Shown: positions 22,117 to 33,131, counted from the first letter of the stretch. The stretch: 64,000 nucleotides of DNA from an uncultured Chthonomonadaceae bacterium (GCA_963817895.1 CAWFQB010000004.1:544001-608000); one strand, 5' to 3'. Numbers and translations are program-made. Notes: a model not told the origin generated them from the letters alone.

Positions 22117-23723
22117 TTACGCTGCTTTCGCAAGCTGTCGCACAGTTGCCAATTCCGGCTCCACGTTGAGGAATCTATCCTGTTGCAGGGCGTGGAACGA
22201 CGTGTTTTCTTCATTGAGCAGGGACAGGCACTCTTCGCGCAGGAATTTCACGTTGCTGTAACGGGCGTCGCGATAGTCCTGCACAAGCCCGCTGTTCAGG
22301 GCGGAAATTACTTGCCCAAGCCCGCGTTCCAGCGTCCATTCCGGCTGAAAGTTCAGTTGGCGGCGGATACGGGCGAAACTGACGCGGTAGTTGCGATGGT
22401 CGTTGCCACAGTCGGAATCGCTGATCTGCGCGGTGGGAACCATGCTGCGTATCAACTCGCCCACTTGCAGCAGGGTATAATTCTGATGATCCGCGCCCAC
22501 ATTGAGCGTCTGGTTTTCCACGCTGTGCGCCGGGCGCTTCTACGGCCAGGCACACGGCGCGGGCGGCATCCTGCACATGCACGAAGGGACGCCACTGGTC
22601 GCCGCCGAACAGCGTGATCTGGTTTTCCACAACGGCTTTCGCCGCCAGCAGGTTGACGACAAGATCAAAGCGCGTCCGCCCCGAAAACCCGAAAATGGTT
22701 CCGAAGCGCAAAATAACCGGCTTGAAATGGGCGTCCGCCATCTCTTTAAGAACCCTCTCGGAGGCGATTTTACTGTGCGCGTACAGGGAGAGGGGGTTCA
22801 GACTGGAATTTTCGTCCAGAACTTCTTCGCTTGCGCCGTATACGGAACATGTGCTGGCGAACACGAACCGCTTCACCTGACAGCCTTTGGCGATCTCCGC
22901 AATCATGCGCGTCGCCATCAGGTTGATTTCAATCGTCAGGTTCTCATCCAGCGCGCAGGCGGGATCGCCCACAATCGCGCCCAGATGGACAACGGTATCC
23001 ACGTCCTGCATGGCTTCCACCACTTTATGCACCTGACGAAAATCGCCGCGTATCAGTTCCAGCGCGGGATGGTTCCGCACATCGCTCAATGGCTCTTCAC
23101 CGAACATAAACAAGTCCAGAATGCGAACCTGATACCCGGCTTTCAGCAATTGGGGAACCAGCGCGGAACCGATGTAGCCCGCGCCGCCGATAACTAAGAC
23201 GCGCGGCTTGGCCGGAACCTGCATGGCAAGGGCAGGGGCGGGTTCTCCTGTCTGGCGCGTTTTCCTGCTTTTGCCAGGAACGCCATACATGCGACCAGAC
23301 GCGCCCGCCGACGACAAAACACAGCGTCCACGCCCACGCCTGCGCTTCCACGCTGCGCGGCAGGGAAATCAAGTTGGGGCAGCATAAAATTCAGCGCGGC
23401 TGTCAGTAAATATACCAGAGAAACCGCCTGTGCGACAACAATGGCTTTGTAGCGCCCCCGATAACTGCGGCCATGCGTGTAAAATCCGCTGGCATAAAAC
23501 ACGCCGAGACTGAGAATCGTGATCAATCCGGCATTGGAAACGTAGGCGTCCGCAAACCGCTGGCCGAGAATGGGAAGGACGGCCGCATGAGGCGCGGCAG
23601 ACACCTGCCACAGATAGCGCGTCAGCAGCGCCAAGGCAAGCGCGGCATTGACCAGAGCCCGTCCGCGCCCATGCGAACCAGCCGTTCCAGCAAAGCGCTG
23701 TGGGAAACACGTTGTTTTTGCAC
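22117..23723 (-). CDS. NAD-dependent epimerase/dehydratase with an N-terminal membrane domain (frameshifted)
   Basis: AAGGAG plus GTG at 23723, then TM segments, then IGGAGYIG, VGDPAC, YAHSK and RFDLVVN. Confidence 0.75.
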
Positions 23724-23739
23724 GATGGGAAAACTCCTT

Positions 23740-23830
23740 GTAGGGAGTAGGAAGTAGGTTGTAGGGAGTAGGCTAATGCGCGAGTTGAACAAGGCTTTTC
23801 CTAACTCCCTACTCCCTACAACCTACTCCC
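23740..23830. repeat. Intergenic inverted-repeat element (GGGAGTAGG family), copy 2
   Basis: agtaggttgtagggagtagg (23753-23772) and cctactccctacaacctact (23808-23827). Same arms as 2167-2261, different spacer. Confidence 0.9.
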
Positions 23831-25035
23831 TATTTCCGGTACTTGCCAACCAATGACATGACGGCTGCAATCACGTCCTGAACGTCCGCGTCGGATAAGC
23901 GGGGCGCGAGGGGCAGGCTCAACATGCGCTCATAGTTGCCATGGGTGACGGGGAAATCGTTGGGCTGATAGCCGTATTTGTCGCGGTAGAACGGGTGCAG
24001 GTGAATGGGAATGTAGTGTACGGACGTGCCGATGTTGCGGGCTTTGAGTTCTTCGATCACCTGATTGCGGTCTATGCGCCAGGCTTCGGAGTTCAGGCGC
24101 AGCACGTACAGATGCCAGGTATGCTCCACATCATCGCGCTCGACGGGACATTCCAGCATCTCTTCATTTCCGAAAGCGTTCTGGTACATGGCTACGATTT
24201 CGCGCCGCCGCTGCTGAAACCCGGCCAGTTTGCGCAGTTGCCACATCCCGATACTGGCCTCGATGTCCGTCATGTTGCACTTGAAACCGGGCGCGGTCAC
24301 TTCGTAATACCAGCTTCCGGTTTTGTCGAAGCGTTTCCAGGCGTCTTTGTTCATGCCGTGCAGCGACAGGACTTTGGCGCGGGCGATCAATTCCGGGTCG
24401 CCGGTCAGCATCCCGCCCTCGCCAGTCGTTAAATTTTTGGTAGCGTAAAAACTGAACGCGGCGAAGTTGGAACCGGAGCCGATAGGACGGCCTTTGTATT
24501 TGCCCGAAACTCCATGCGCCGCGTCTTCAATGACATGCAGGTTATGCGCCTGTGCAATGGCATGGATGGCATCCAGGTCAACCGGATGGCCCGCGTAATG
24601 CACGGGGATAATGGCTTTTGTGCGCGGCGTAATGGCGGCGGCAACGCGGGAGGGATCAATGTTGAGCGTGTCGGGTTCCACATCTACGAGAACCGGACGC
24701 GCGCCGACGTGTTCAATCACGTTGACAGTGGCGCAAAATGTGAGGGCTGTGGTAATCACCTCATCCCCCGGCCCGATACCCAGTGCGGCAAGCGCGATAT
24801 GCAGGCCCGCCGTGCAGGAACTGAGCGCGAGCGCGCCCGGAGCCTGCGCGTAATCGGCGAACTGCGTTTCAAAAGCCCGCGTCTTTGGCCCGGTCGTAAT
24901 CCAGTCCGAGCGCAGGGTGTCAATCACTTCGCAAACCTCTTCATCGCCAATCAGCGGCGGCGAAAATGGCAGAAAGGTGGCGCGGGGCGCGGGTTCAAGG
25001 ACGGATGGCATGGCGGATTGCATGATGGGTGGCAT
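23830..25035 (-). CDS. DegT/DnrJ/EryC1/StrS sugar aminotransferase
   Basis: WITTGPK, SSCTAGLH, IEDAAH and FSFYATKNLTTGEGG motifs. Confidence 0.93.
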   Translation of the reverse strand: MPPIMQSAMPSVLEPAPRATFLPFSPPLIGDEEVCEVIDTLRSDWITTGPKTRAFETQFADYAQAPGALALSSCTAGLHIALAALGIGPGDEVITTALTFCATVNVIEHVGARPVLVDVEPDTLNIDPSRVAAAITPRTKAIIPVHYAGHPVDLDAIHAIAQAHNLHVIEDAAHGVSGKYKGRPIGSGSNFAAFSFYATKNLTTGEGGMLTGDPELIARAKVLSLHGMNKDAWKRFDKTGSWYYEVTAPGFKCNMTDIEASIGMWQLRKLAGFQQRRREIVAMYQNAFGNEEMLECPVERDDVEHTWHLYVLRLNSEAWRIDRNQVIEELKARNIGTSVHYIPIHLHPFYRDKYGYQPNDFPVTHGNYERMLSLPLAPRLSDADVQDVIAAVMSLVGKYRK

Positions 25036-25250
25036 GGCGGAAACTTTCGTTGGCAGCGGGGTTCGGTTCCGGCTTGTGCTGCAAGGGATTGGGATTCAAC
25101 ACGCCGAATGTTGGCAGTGTCGAACGATTTCAGTAGCAAACGTTGGCAGTGTCGAAGGCGTCACACGGAGGCATCAAGTGTCTCACCCATAATATTGACA
25201 GGTTGCGAGACAATCTTCAGGCAAATTTGAGTGACTGGCGGTTGTTGAAT

Positions 25251-26234
25251 TCAGGGAAGCAGTTTGCGGAACGTGAGGCTGCTGCCGGACAGACGGAACC
25301 CGCAGTTTTCGTACAGGCGTCCGGCGGCGATGTTGCGGATTTGCGTCCCCACTTCTACAAATTGAACGCCCTGCCCGCGCATCCAGCGCAAAGCCGCCAG
25401 TGTCGCCTGTTTCCCGACGCCGCGCCCCCGCGCCGCTTCCGCCGTCGCGACAAGAACGATGGTTCCTGTGGGAGCGCCGAAATGCGCGGTGGTATCCCGG
25501 TTCAATTTGCAGGTGACGAAACCGAGCAGTTCTTGTCCCTCTTCGGCAATGATTACAGCATCCGCCGCCTGTCCCGCGCATGAGTTGCGCAGCCAGCAGG
25601 CGTGAAGGCTGTCAGCGCGTTCTCTGGAAATGGCAGGGTCGGCATGAAAACGGTCTTGCCTGTAAGCGTGTCTTGCTAATTCCGCTGTTCGTTCCGCATC
25701 GTCCGAGATTGCCAGCCGCAGATGGAACGTGTTGGGAAGTTTGCGCAGGGAAAGGTCGGTTATGTCCAGCGCAAAGGTGAGCAGGCCGTCAATGAGTTCC
25801 ATGCCCGCGTGTTCCAAAGCGTGAATCGCGGCAAGGTCGCCCGCATCCACCCGCGCGCTGAGATGCTGAATGTTTTGTTCCCCCGCCTGCGTCAGCAACC
25901 GTTCGAGAAGCGCGTCAATAAACTTGCCGCTGCTGCGCGTAACCGCCCTGCGCGATGAGGTAGTCCAGACGAGCGGCAGACAGGCCGATTTGTTCGCTGT
26001 CCCAGGGCAGGGGCGTCAATACGCCCATACCAATAGGCGTGTCCTCAACAAGCGCGGTCACAGCTTGAGCGTGAGGATTGGCAAGCGTATGCGCCATTCG
26101 TTCCAGACACAGCGCGGTGGCGGCGGGCTTGCCGTATCCGCTTTGCGCGTAAGGCAAAAATTCCCATTGCGCCAACAACCGCGCCGCGCAAGACCACATT
26201 TCCGGTTTATAAGGGGTAACAAATGTATTTGCAT
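25251..26234 (-). CDS. WecD-like (dTDP-fucosamine-type) GNAT acetyltransferase (frameshifted)
   Basis: LPWDSEQIG, DRFHADP, RGRGVG, VGTQIRN and LYENCGF motifs. Confidence 0.75.
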
Positions 26235-26249
26235 CTTGATACTTCCTGA

Positions 26250-26966
26250 TTATTTTTTTGCGGCAGGCGCAGGCGCAGAAGCGTTTACGCCATGTTGAAG
26301 CAGGACATAGGGCAGGGTTCGAGCCAGAATGACAAGATCGGAGCGCAGCGACCATTGTTGCACATAGGTTATGTCCAACTGCTTGCGGGCTTCCCACGAC
26401 AGCGTATTGCGCCCGCTGATCTGCGCAAGTCCCGTAATACCGGGCTTTACCGCCAATCGCAGCTTTTCCGCTTCCGTATAATACGCGAGTTGATCCGCCT
26501 GATCGGGGCGCGGGCCGACCAGACTCATGCTGCCGCCCAGCACATTCAGGAATTGCGGCAGTTCGTCCAGACTGGTTTTGCGCAGCCATTTTCCAACCGG
26601 AGTGACGCGCGGATCGTTTTCGCTGCTGAACGCCGAGCCGTCCGCGTTGCGAATATCCGGCGCATCCACGCGCATCGTGCGGAATTTGCAAATGGCGAAC
26701 ACTTTCCCGTTGCGCCCTAACCGCTTTTGCCGAAACAGTACGGGGCCGGGTGAAGTCAGGCGAACCATCAGCCCGGTTAAAATCAGAAGCGGACTGAGCA
26801 GGACAAGCAACAGCAGGGATACGCCTATATCCATAGCGCGCTTGATGCCCCGCTTCCATAAAGGAAGGCGCAAGTTGCCATTCGTCAGTATTCCTGTTAC
26901 ATCAGAGGCCGCGTATGTCAGTGCAGTAACATCAGGTTGTTTGCGTGGTGTGAACGGGTACGCCAT
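26250..26966 (-). CDS. Priming phosphoglycosyl (sugar) transferase
   Basis: KRAMDI, KFRTM, DPRVT, SLDELPQ, MSLVGPRP and KPGITGLAQ motifs. Confidence 0.93.
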   Translation of the reverse strand: MAYPFTPRKQPDVTALTYAASDVTGILTNGNLRLPLWKRGIKRAMDIGVSLLLLVLLSPLLILTGLMVRLTSPGPVLFRQKRLGRNGKVFAICKFRTMRVDAPDIRNADGSAFSSENDPRVTPVGKWLRKTSLDELPQFLNVLGGSMSLVGPRPDQADQLAYYTEAEKLRLAVKPGITGLAQISGRNTLSWEARKQLDITYVQQWSLRSDLVILARTLPYVLLQHGVNASAPAPAAKK

Positions 26967-28150
26967 GAGGCTGCCTTTCTGCCGACAGTGTGAGGTATAA
27001 CTCCCATGTTTCCCGGCACATGCGGTCTATGGTATAGCGTTTCAGCGCGCGCTGTCGCGCATTATCGCCGCAGCGTTCCGCCAGTTCCGGGTCTGTTGGC
27101 AAACCGCGCAATCGCGTGGGCTAGGGCTTCGGGCGAATGGATGGGAACCAGCAGGCCCGTCACCTCGTGTTCGATCAGTTCCGCGTTGGGGGCAATAGAT
27201 GTGGTGACGATCGGCAGTCCCGCCGCCATCGCTTCCAGCAGGGAGATGGACAACCCTTCCCGCAGCGACGGGCTGACAAACACATCCAGCGATTGCAAAA
27301 AGCCGGGTATATCCCGCGTAAACCCGAGAAATTCCACGATTGGCGGTTAATCCCAATTCGTCGGCAAGCGCCTGCAACCGCGCCCGCTCCGGCCCATCCC
27401 CCGCCAACCGCAATGTCAACTTCGTATCCGGCAACAGAATCTGCAATATCGGCAGGGCATGCAGAAGGGTGGCATTGTCCTTTTGCGCCGCCAGCCGCCC
27501 GCTGTTACCGATGAACAAAGGATGAAGGATGAAGGATGAAGGATGAATCATCTTCTCCTCGTATCTCGTATCTCGTATCTCGTATCTTTTCTCCTTTTCT
27601 TCTCTGAAACGGCCCTGCGTCAATGCCATTGCAGATGGTGACGAGTTTGTTGAGGGGGGCGAGGCGTTCCTGCTGCGCCTGCTGCATGGTGGCGTGGCTG
27701 ACGCAGATGGCGCGGGTGGACAGCGCGGTTGCCAGATATTCGAGGCGCGAAAAGACAATGCGCTTCAGCCCGGAGGAGAACTCGTTGATCGTCCAGCCCG
27801 CTTGATGGTGCAGGATTACGGGAACACCCGCGAGACGAGCGGCGAGTCGGCCTACGAAGCCGGGTACTGCCGTATACGTATGCGCCACATCATAGCGATT
27901 GCGGCGCATGAGCGAAATCAGGCGCGTCAGGGCGCGTATATCCTGCCCCGGCGACACATCGCGCGGTATCAGAATGTCGTTGATCACGCGCACACCCGGA
28001 ATATCCTGCAAGCGTTCGCGGGTAGCCGCGTCTGTCGTCAGCACATCCACCTCGCAGCCCTGTTCGCGCAGAAACCGACACCATGCCAGCAGCAAAATCG
28101 TCGCCCCGCCAAAACTTAGAATCGCCCACAATTTGTAGTGTTTTCATCAC
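26932..28150 (-). CDS. Glycosyltransferase family 4 (frameshifted; linker contains a repeat cassette)
   Basis: KFGGA, ICNGID, GRLAAQKD and EGLSISLLEAMAAGLP motifs across fragments. Confidence 0.85.
27518..27605 (-). repeat. Composite short-tandem cassette inside a GT4 gene
   Basis: aaggatg x4 (27518-27545), ctcgtat x4 (27558-27585) and a cttttctc tract. Encodes RRKGEKIRDTRYEIRGEDDSSFILHPSSF. Confidence 0.9.
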
Positions 28151-28161
28151 ATTTGTACCTT

Positions 28162-29458
28162 TTAAACGCTAAATGCGAATTCCTGTTGTGGTTGCGCGGC
28201 AATGCGGCGCTGTAAGGCGAGTACCTGTATGGGAACCATGACACACGCCAGTAAACAGTAGAGAAACGCCCGATGCCGCGTGTCGCCCGTACCCTGATAA
28301 ATAAAGGAGTAAGCGACGATGACGGCAAGCGAGGGCGCGGCCATGTCATAGGCGCGGCGGAGCGTGTCGCGCAGGGCGCGGGGACGCTGAAACCAGACAA
28401 CGCCGCAGATGGCAAGCGTCAGCCACCACTGAATACTGCCTTCCAGTACGGCTACATCCCCGGTTCGCGCCGAATTGACAAATACATCCCCGGTCACTAC
28501 CTGCTCTGCCGCCCGTATCGGCCCCGGCCCGGTCACAAACCGAACCACGTAAAACGGAAACGCCCCGGTTCTGCCGAACGCCTGCGTCGCGCCCTCGACT
28601 GCGGTTCCCGAAGTCGTCTGCTGCAAAGCCCCGAACGCTTCCAGCGTGCGTACCCGTTCCGCGCCGACAAGGGCCTCAAACAAATCCGGTTTCACGGTCA
28701 GCAGGAGTATGCCCATACCGGCGGCGGCGATGATGGCTTTACCCACAGAATCTTCGCTTGCGACTTCCCGATTGCAGCAGGCACAGACGCAATAAGTGCG
28801 CGGCCAGAAAAATGGACGCGAACGCGCCGCCGAACGGACGGATGTTTTCCAGCGGCCACACGGCGCAAACGGTCAGTACGGCAATGCAGCAGGTTTTGGC
28901 GGTCCGGTTCAAGCGTTCGGAATCCGTGATGGCGACAATTGCGGCAATGTAGGCCATCAGCAGCGCCAGCAGCAAATTTTCCTTGATGTTGCGTATCACC
29001 ATCCAGACCACAACGCCATTGGCGAATGAGGCCCACGTTGTCCACAGCAGCAGGCGCAGGGTTCGCGGCGTGGCGTCGGGGAATCGCCGATAAATCAGGC
29101 CGAACACGAACAAAAAGGCGTTGCACGTCAGCAGCAGGTTGCCGATTTTCACCCATATCACGGCTTCGGGCGCGGATTGGATTATCTGCGCCCCCCACCA
29201 CACGTACACCCTGCCGTCGTGGTTTGCGGCGCGGGTAAAGCCGTGCGACACGCTTTGCATACACTGCCAGTAGTAGCGCGCGTCGCTGCCATACGTGCCG
29301 TCGGGACTGTACGCGCTCAGATTAATTTGCAGCGCGCAAAGCCAGCCCGCGTAGTAGGCCAGCAGCAGCAGGGCCGCGCCCAAAACCGGACCCGCATACG
29401 GCCCGAAGCGCAGGCCATTAACGAGCAGCAACAGCAGCAGAGCGAACAGGAGTATCAT
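28162..29458 (-). CDS. Polytopic membrane protein, probable Wzy-like polymerase (frameshift near 28745)
   Basis: About 10 TM segments with periplasmic loops (SDARYY, RNIKE, GDTRHR); located among glycosyltransferases. Confidence 0.55.
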
Positions 29459-30629
29459 AGGCGTTGAAGACCGAATCGTAAAGGGCAAGCAGCCGGGACT
29501 CCATCAGTTCCCAACTGAAATGCTGCGTATAAGTGTCGCGGACGCGGCAGGCAAAAGCGGTTTTCTGCGCCGTATCCCAGTTTGCTATCTCCGCCAGCGC
29601 GCTCTGTAACGCGCTCGTATCGCCATAAGGCACGACAAAGCCAAGATCGTATTGCCGGACTAGCGCGTCCATGCCCGTGCCTTCCGCCACAATCACCGGC
29701 TTGCCCAGCATCATGGCTTCGAACAGTTTGTTGGGACTGGAACAGCGGTGGTTGGGAATCGCCGGGTCGTAGGTAATCACAATCGCGTCCACTTCGGCGT
29801 AGATTTCCAGACACCGCGCATACTCCACGCGCCCCAAAAATTCCACATTGGCAACGCCTTCCGCCTGTGTCCGCAACTCCTGCTCATCTTCGCCAAACCC
29901 GCCAAGCGTCAAATGCCAGTTCGCGTTCCGCCCGATGACCTCAATCAACTGTTCCAGCCCCCGGACAACCGACAGGATACCGATAAAGCCGACAGCAAAG
30001 GATGAAGGATGAAGGATGAAGGATGAATCCTCTTCTTCTTGTATCTCCTCTTCTCCTTTTCTCCTTTTCTCCTTTTCTTTCCTCACCGGCGGCGTATTAT
30101 AAATGAACTCAAGGCGGCGGGGCTGCACGTTGCCTAACTGTTTGCGGCGGCTCTCGTCGGCGAGAATTACGGCGTCGGCGCGGCGCATCGCCCACCATTC
30201 CAGCCCGCGCGCAAAGGCTTGCAATTGCCGGGGAACATAGCGCGACTCGACGTAGAAATCGGCAATATCGTAGACCACGCGCTTGCCCATTAGCATTTTC
30301 GCCAGCAGCGCGGGAACAACCGTATCCAGATCACACGCCTGAATACCGTCATAGTCGCGGCGATTGGCGAATAGCCACTGCGTCAGCGCGAGTTGCCAGC
30401 GCAGCAGGGGAACCAGATTGCGTATGCCGCTGCCGAACACGGACGGGATCGCAAGGCGCGTCACGAGAACCGCGTTGCAGGCGGCATCCTTTCCGATCCC
30501 CGAACGATCCCATCCCACAATATGCGTCTCGTACCCTGCCTGCCGCAACGCCAGCGCGGGCTTTTCCACGCGGGGGCAGGGCGCAATCGCATTGGTGCGT
30601 AAGAAAACGATGCGCTTGTTCATGGTCAC
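29418..30629 (-). CDS. Glycosyltransferase family 4 (linker contains a repeat cassette)
   Basis: CPRVEK, YDIAD, RGLEQL and SPNKLFEAMMLGKP motifs. Confidence 0.9.
   Translation of the reverse strand: MTMNKRIVFLRTNAIAPCPRVEKPALALRQAGYETHIVGWDRSGIGKDAACNAVLVTRLAIPSVFGSGIRNLVPLLRWQLALTQWLFANRRDYDGIQACDLDTVVPALLAKMLMGKRVVYDIADFYVESRYVPRQLQAFARGLEWWAMRRADAVILADESRRKQLGNVQPRRLEFIYNTPPVRKEKEKRRKGEEEIQEEEDSSFILHPSSFAVGFIGILSVVRGLEQLIEVIGRNANWHLTLGGFGEDEQELRTQAEGVANVEFLGRVEYARCLEIYAEVDAIVITYDPAIPNHRCSSPNKLFEAMMLGKPVIVAEGTGMDALVRQYDLGFVVPYGDTSALQSALAEIANWDTAQKTAFACRVRDTYTQHFSWELMESRLLALYDSVFNAYDTPVRSAAVAAR
29998..30086 (-). repeat. Composite short-tandem cassette inside a GT4 gene
   Basis: A purine 8-mer array (gaaaagga) plus ttcatcc x4 on the coding strand. 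Encodes [30 protein letters not shown] in frame. Confidence 0.9.
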
Positions 30630-30632
30630 TCC

Positions 30633-30755
30633 AGAGGTTTCAGGTTTCAGGTGTCAGGAAATGCTTCTCTTAATCATACTTGATGCTGATCGAGCAAAGG
30701 GAATATAGTAGAGTTCCTAGCCCCTGACACCTGACACCTGACACCTGAAACCTCT
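30633..30755. repeat. Inverted heptamer arrays (caggtgt / acacctg) overlapping the GT2 3' end
   Basis: agaggtttcaggtttcaggtgtcagg (30633-30658) and cctgacacctgacacctgacacctgaaacctct (30723-30755). Confidence 0.85.
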
Positions 30756-31559
30756 CCTGCTTCGCCACATCCGCAGCCAGCGCAAGGGACGAAACCCCAG
30801 TTTTTTGCTGATACTGCCGACGGCATGGGAGGCGCGGACGCACAGCACGTCTTTGCGGCTGCCGTAGCGGCGCACGAACGTCAGACGGTCATCAATCAGG
30901 GCGCGTCCCCGCGTGAAGGTTCCGTTCTGTCCGGTGAAATAGTAATCGAAAATCACGTCGGGAATCAGCCCCATGCGCAGGCCGCTGTACGCCGCTCGCG
31001 TCCAGAACTCAATGTCGCCGCAGGCGCAGTCTTCCGGCAACAGGCCGATGCTATCGAACACGCTCCGGCGCACAAAGGCGGTGGGACTGGAAACGCCCTC
31101 CGTGCCGCGCAGCCAGCTTTGCAGCGACAGCCGATTGGGATCAGTGATGTTGGTTTCATAAAGAAACCGCGCGTCGCCGTCGCGCTCTTCCCAGATTGCC
31201 GCCTGCGCGAACATAATGTCAATATCCGGGTTCGACGCGAAGAAATTTGCCGCAAGGCGCAGCGCGCCCGGACGCAGGGTATCGTCGTCCGTCATGATTT
31301 TCACGATTTCGCCGGTTGCGCGGGGGATCACTTTGTTGTAAGCGTTGAATTCGCCCGTATCCGGTTCCGACAGCCAGAAAGTAATGCGATTGCCATAGGA
31401 TTTCAGCACGTCAACCGTGCCATCTTGAGAGCCTCCGTCCGCGACAATCACTTCCAGATTGGGATAATCGTCCTCGAACAGGCGATCCAACATGCGCTTC
31501 AGGTACGCGGCGCGGTTCCATGTGGCGATAACAACCGAAATTTTGGGGTTCGTGGACAT
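30717..31559 (-). CDS. Glycosyltransferase family 2
   Basis: ISVVIATWN, ADGGSQDGT, SEPDTG and TDDD motifs. Confidence 0.92.
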   Translation of the reverse strand: MSTNPKISVVIATWNRAAYLKRMLDRLFEDDYPNLEVIVADGGSQDGTVDVLKSYGNRITFWLSEPDTGEFNAYNKVIPRATGEIVKIMTDDDTLRPGALRLAANFFASNPDIDIMFAQAAIWEERDGDARFLYETNITDPNRLSLQSWLRGTEGVSSPTAFVRRSVFDSIGLLPEDCACGDIEFWTRAAYSGLRMGLIPDVIFDYYFTGQNGTFTRGRALIDDRLTFVRRYGSRKDVLCVRASHAVGSISKKLGFRPLRWLRMWRSRRGFRCQVSGVRG

Positions 31560-31799
31560 AACACAACTCCGAAACGGGAAATGGGCGCAAAGGACACGCA
31601 AGTCAAGCATGAGGACAGAAACATCATGTCCCACCCGTAATATTGGCAGGCGCAACGCCAAACACAAGGGGAATTATGAAACTAAGAATTATATGCCAGC
31701 ACAGCGATGCAGGCAAGCAGGAACATGTTCGCTCTTCAAACTTGTCGGAATATAGCCAATAATGAAAGGAAATCACGATGAAAGTCTGTCAGGAGCGGT

Positions 31800-33128
31800 A
31801 TGAAATCAACTATTAACGTGTACGGATTGGGCTACATCGGGCTGCCTACTGCCGCCACGTTCGCGAACGTGGGGTATCAGGTTCTTGGCGTGGATATTTG
31901 CCCCGAAGTAGTTCGCAGAATCAATTTGGGCGACACGCACATTCAGGAACCGGGGCTGCATCTGCTGGTACACTCCGCCCTGCATCGCCGCGCCCTTTCC
32001 GCTTCTCTGACGCCCGCCCCGGCAGAAGTTCATATTATCGCGGTTCCCACGCCCGTAAACAGCGACTTTTCGGGCCGCAAATCCCCGGATTTAAGTTATG
32101 TGGATGCGGCGGCGCGAACGCTTGCCTCGGTTCTGCAACCGGGCGATCTGGTGGTTCTGGAATCTACCGTGCCGCCGAATACCTGCCTGCAACTCGTCGC
32201 GCCTCTGATTTACCAATTGACCGGGCTGCGGCATGGCGAGGATTACGATCTGGCGCATTGCCCGGAGCGGGTGATTCCCGGTTCTATTCTGCATGAAATC
32301 ATTGCCAATGACCGCATTATTGGCGGCACGACACCGGAAGCCACGCGCCGAACCGTAAACCTGTACGCTTCATTCGCGAAAGGCAGGCTGCTTGCCACCG
32401 ACGCCACGACTGCGGAAACGTGCAAGCTGATGGAAAACACCTTTCGCGATGTAAATATCGCGCTTGCCAACGAGTTTGCCGCGATTTCGGAACGGCTTGG
32501 CATTGACGCGGAGGAAGCGATACGGCTGGCAAACCACCATCCCCGCGTCAACATCCACGCGCCCGGTATAGGTGTGGGCGGGCATTGCATCCCCGTTGAC
32601 CCCTGGTTCCTCGTTCATGCCGCGCCGGATGTCGCGCCCCTGATGCGAACCGCCAGAAGCATCAACGACGCCCGCCCGCAGCAAGTTGCGAATGAGATAT
32701 TGCAAACCATGCGGCAGTATCCGGGTAAGCCGCCCGCGCTTCTCGGCCTGAGTTACAAGGCGGACGTGGACGATATACGCGAGTCTCCCGCGCTGGAAAT
32801 CGCGCAGCGTATCGCGGCAGGCACAACCGCGCCCCTTTACGTTGTCGAACCGCACCTTTCCCGTCTTCCGCCTGCCCTACGCGCGTATTCAAATGTCCAA
32901 TTCGTCACGCTGGAACACGCGCTGGAAGCAGGGGACATTATGGTGGGACTCGTCGGGCATAGCGTTTTTCGCCAGATAAGCCCAGAGCAATTACGGAACA
33001 AACTGCGGATTGATCCGCTGCATCTCTGGCCCGCGCAGAAGGACTTTCCGGCGGCAACCGCTGTTTGCCGCACTCGTGACAATCAGATAAACATAGTGGA
33101 AGAGTACATTCCCGCGCTTGCGGCGTGA
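31800..33128 (+). CDS. wecC: UDP-N-acetyl-D-mannosamine dehydrogenase-type nucleotide-sugar dehydrogenase
   Basis: GLGYIGLPTA, CPERVIPG, KLMENTFRDVNIA, GVGGHCIPVDPWF and YKADVDDIRESP motifs. Confidence 0.85.
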   Translation: MKSTINVYGLGYIGLPTAATFANVGYQVLGVDICPEVVRRINLGDTHIQEPGLHLLVHSALHRRALSASLTPAPAEVHIIAVPTPVNSDFSGRKSPDLSYVDAAARTLASVLQPGDLVVLESTVPPNTCLQLVAPLIYQLTGLRHGEDYDLAHCPERVIPGSILHEIIANDRIIGGTTPEATRRTVNLYASFAKGRLLATDATTAETCKLMENTFRDVNIALANEFAAISERLGIDAEEAIRLANHHPRVNIHAPGIGVGGHCIPVDPWFLVHAAPDVAPLMRTARSINDARPQQVANEILQTMRQYPGKPPALLGLSYKADVDDIRESPALEIAQRIAAGTTAPLYVVEPHLSRLPPALRAYSNVQFVTLEHALEAGDIMVGLVGHSVFRQISPEQLRNKLRIDPLHLWPAQKDFPAATAVCRTRDNQINIVEEYIPALAA

Positions 33129-33131
33129 AAG

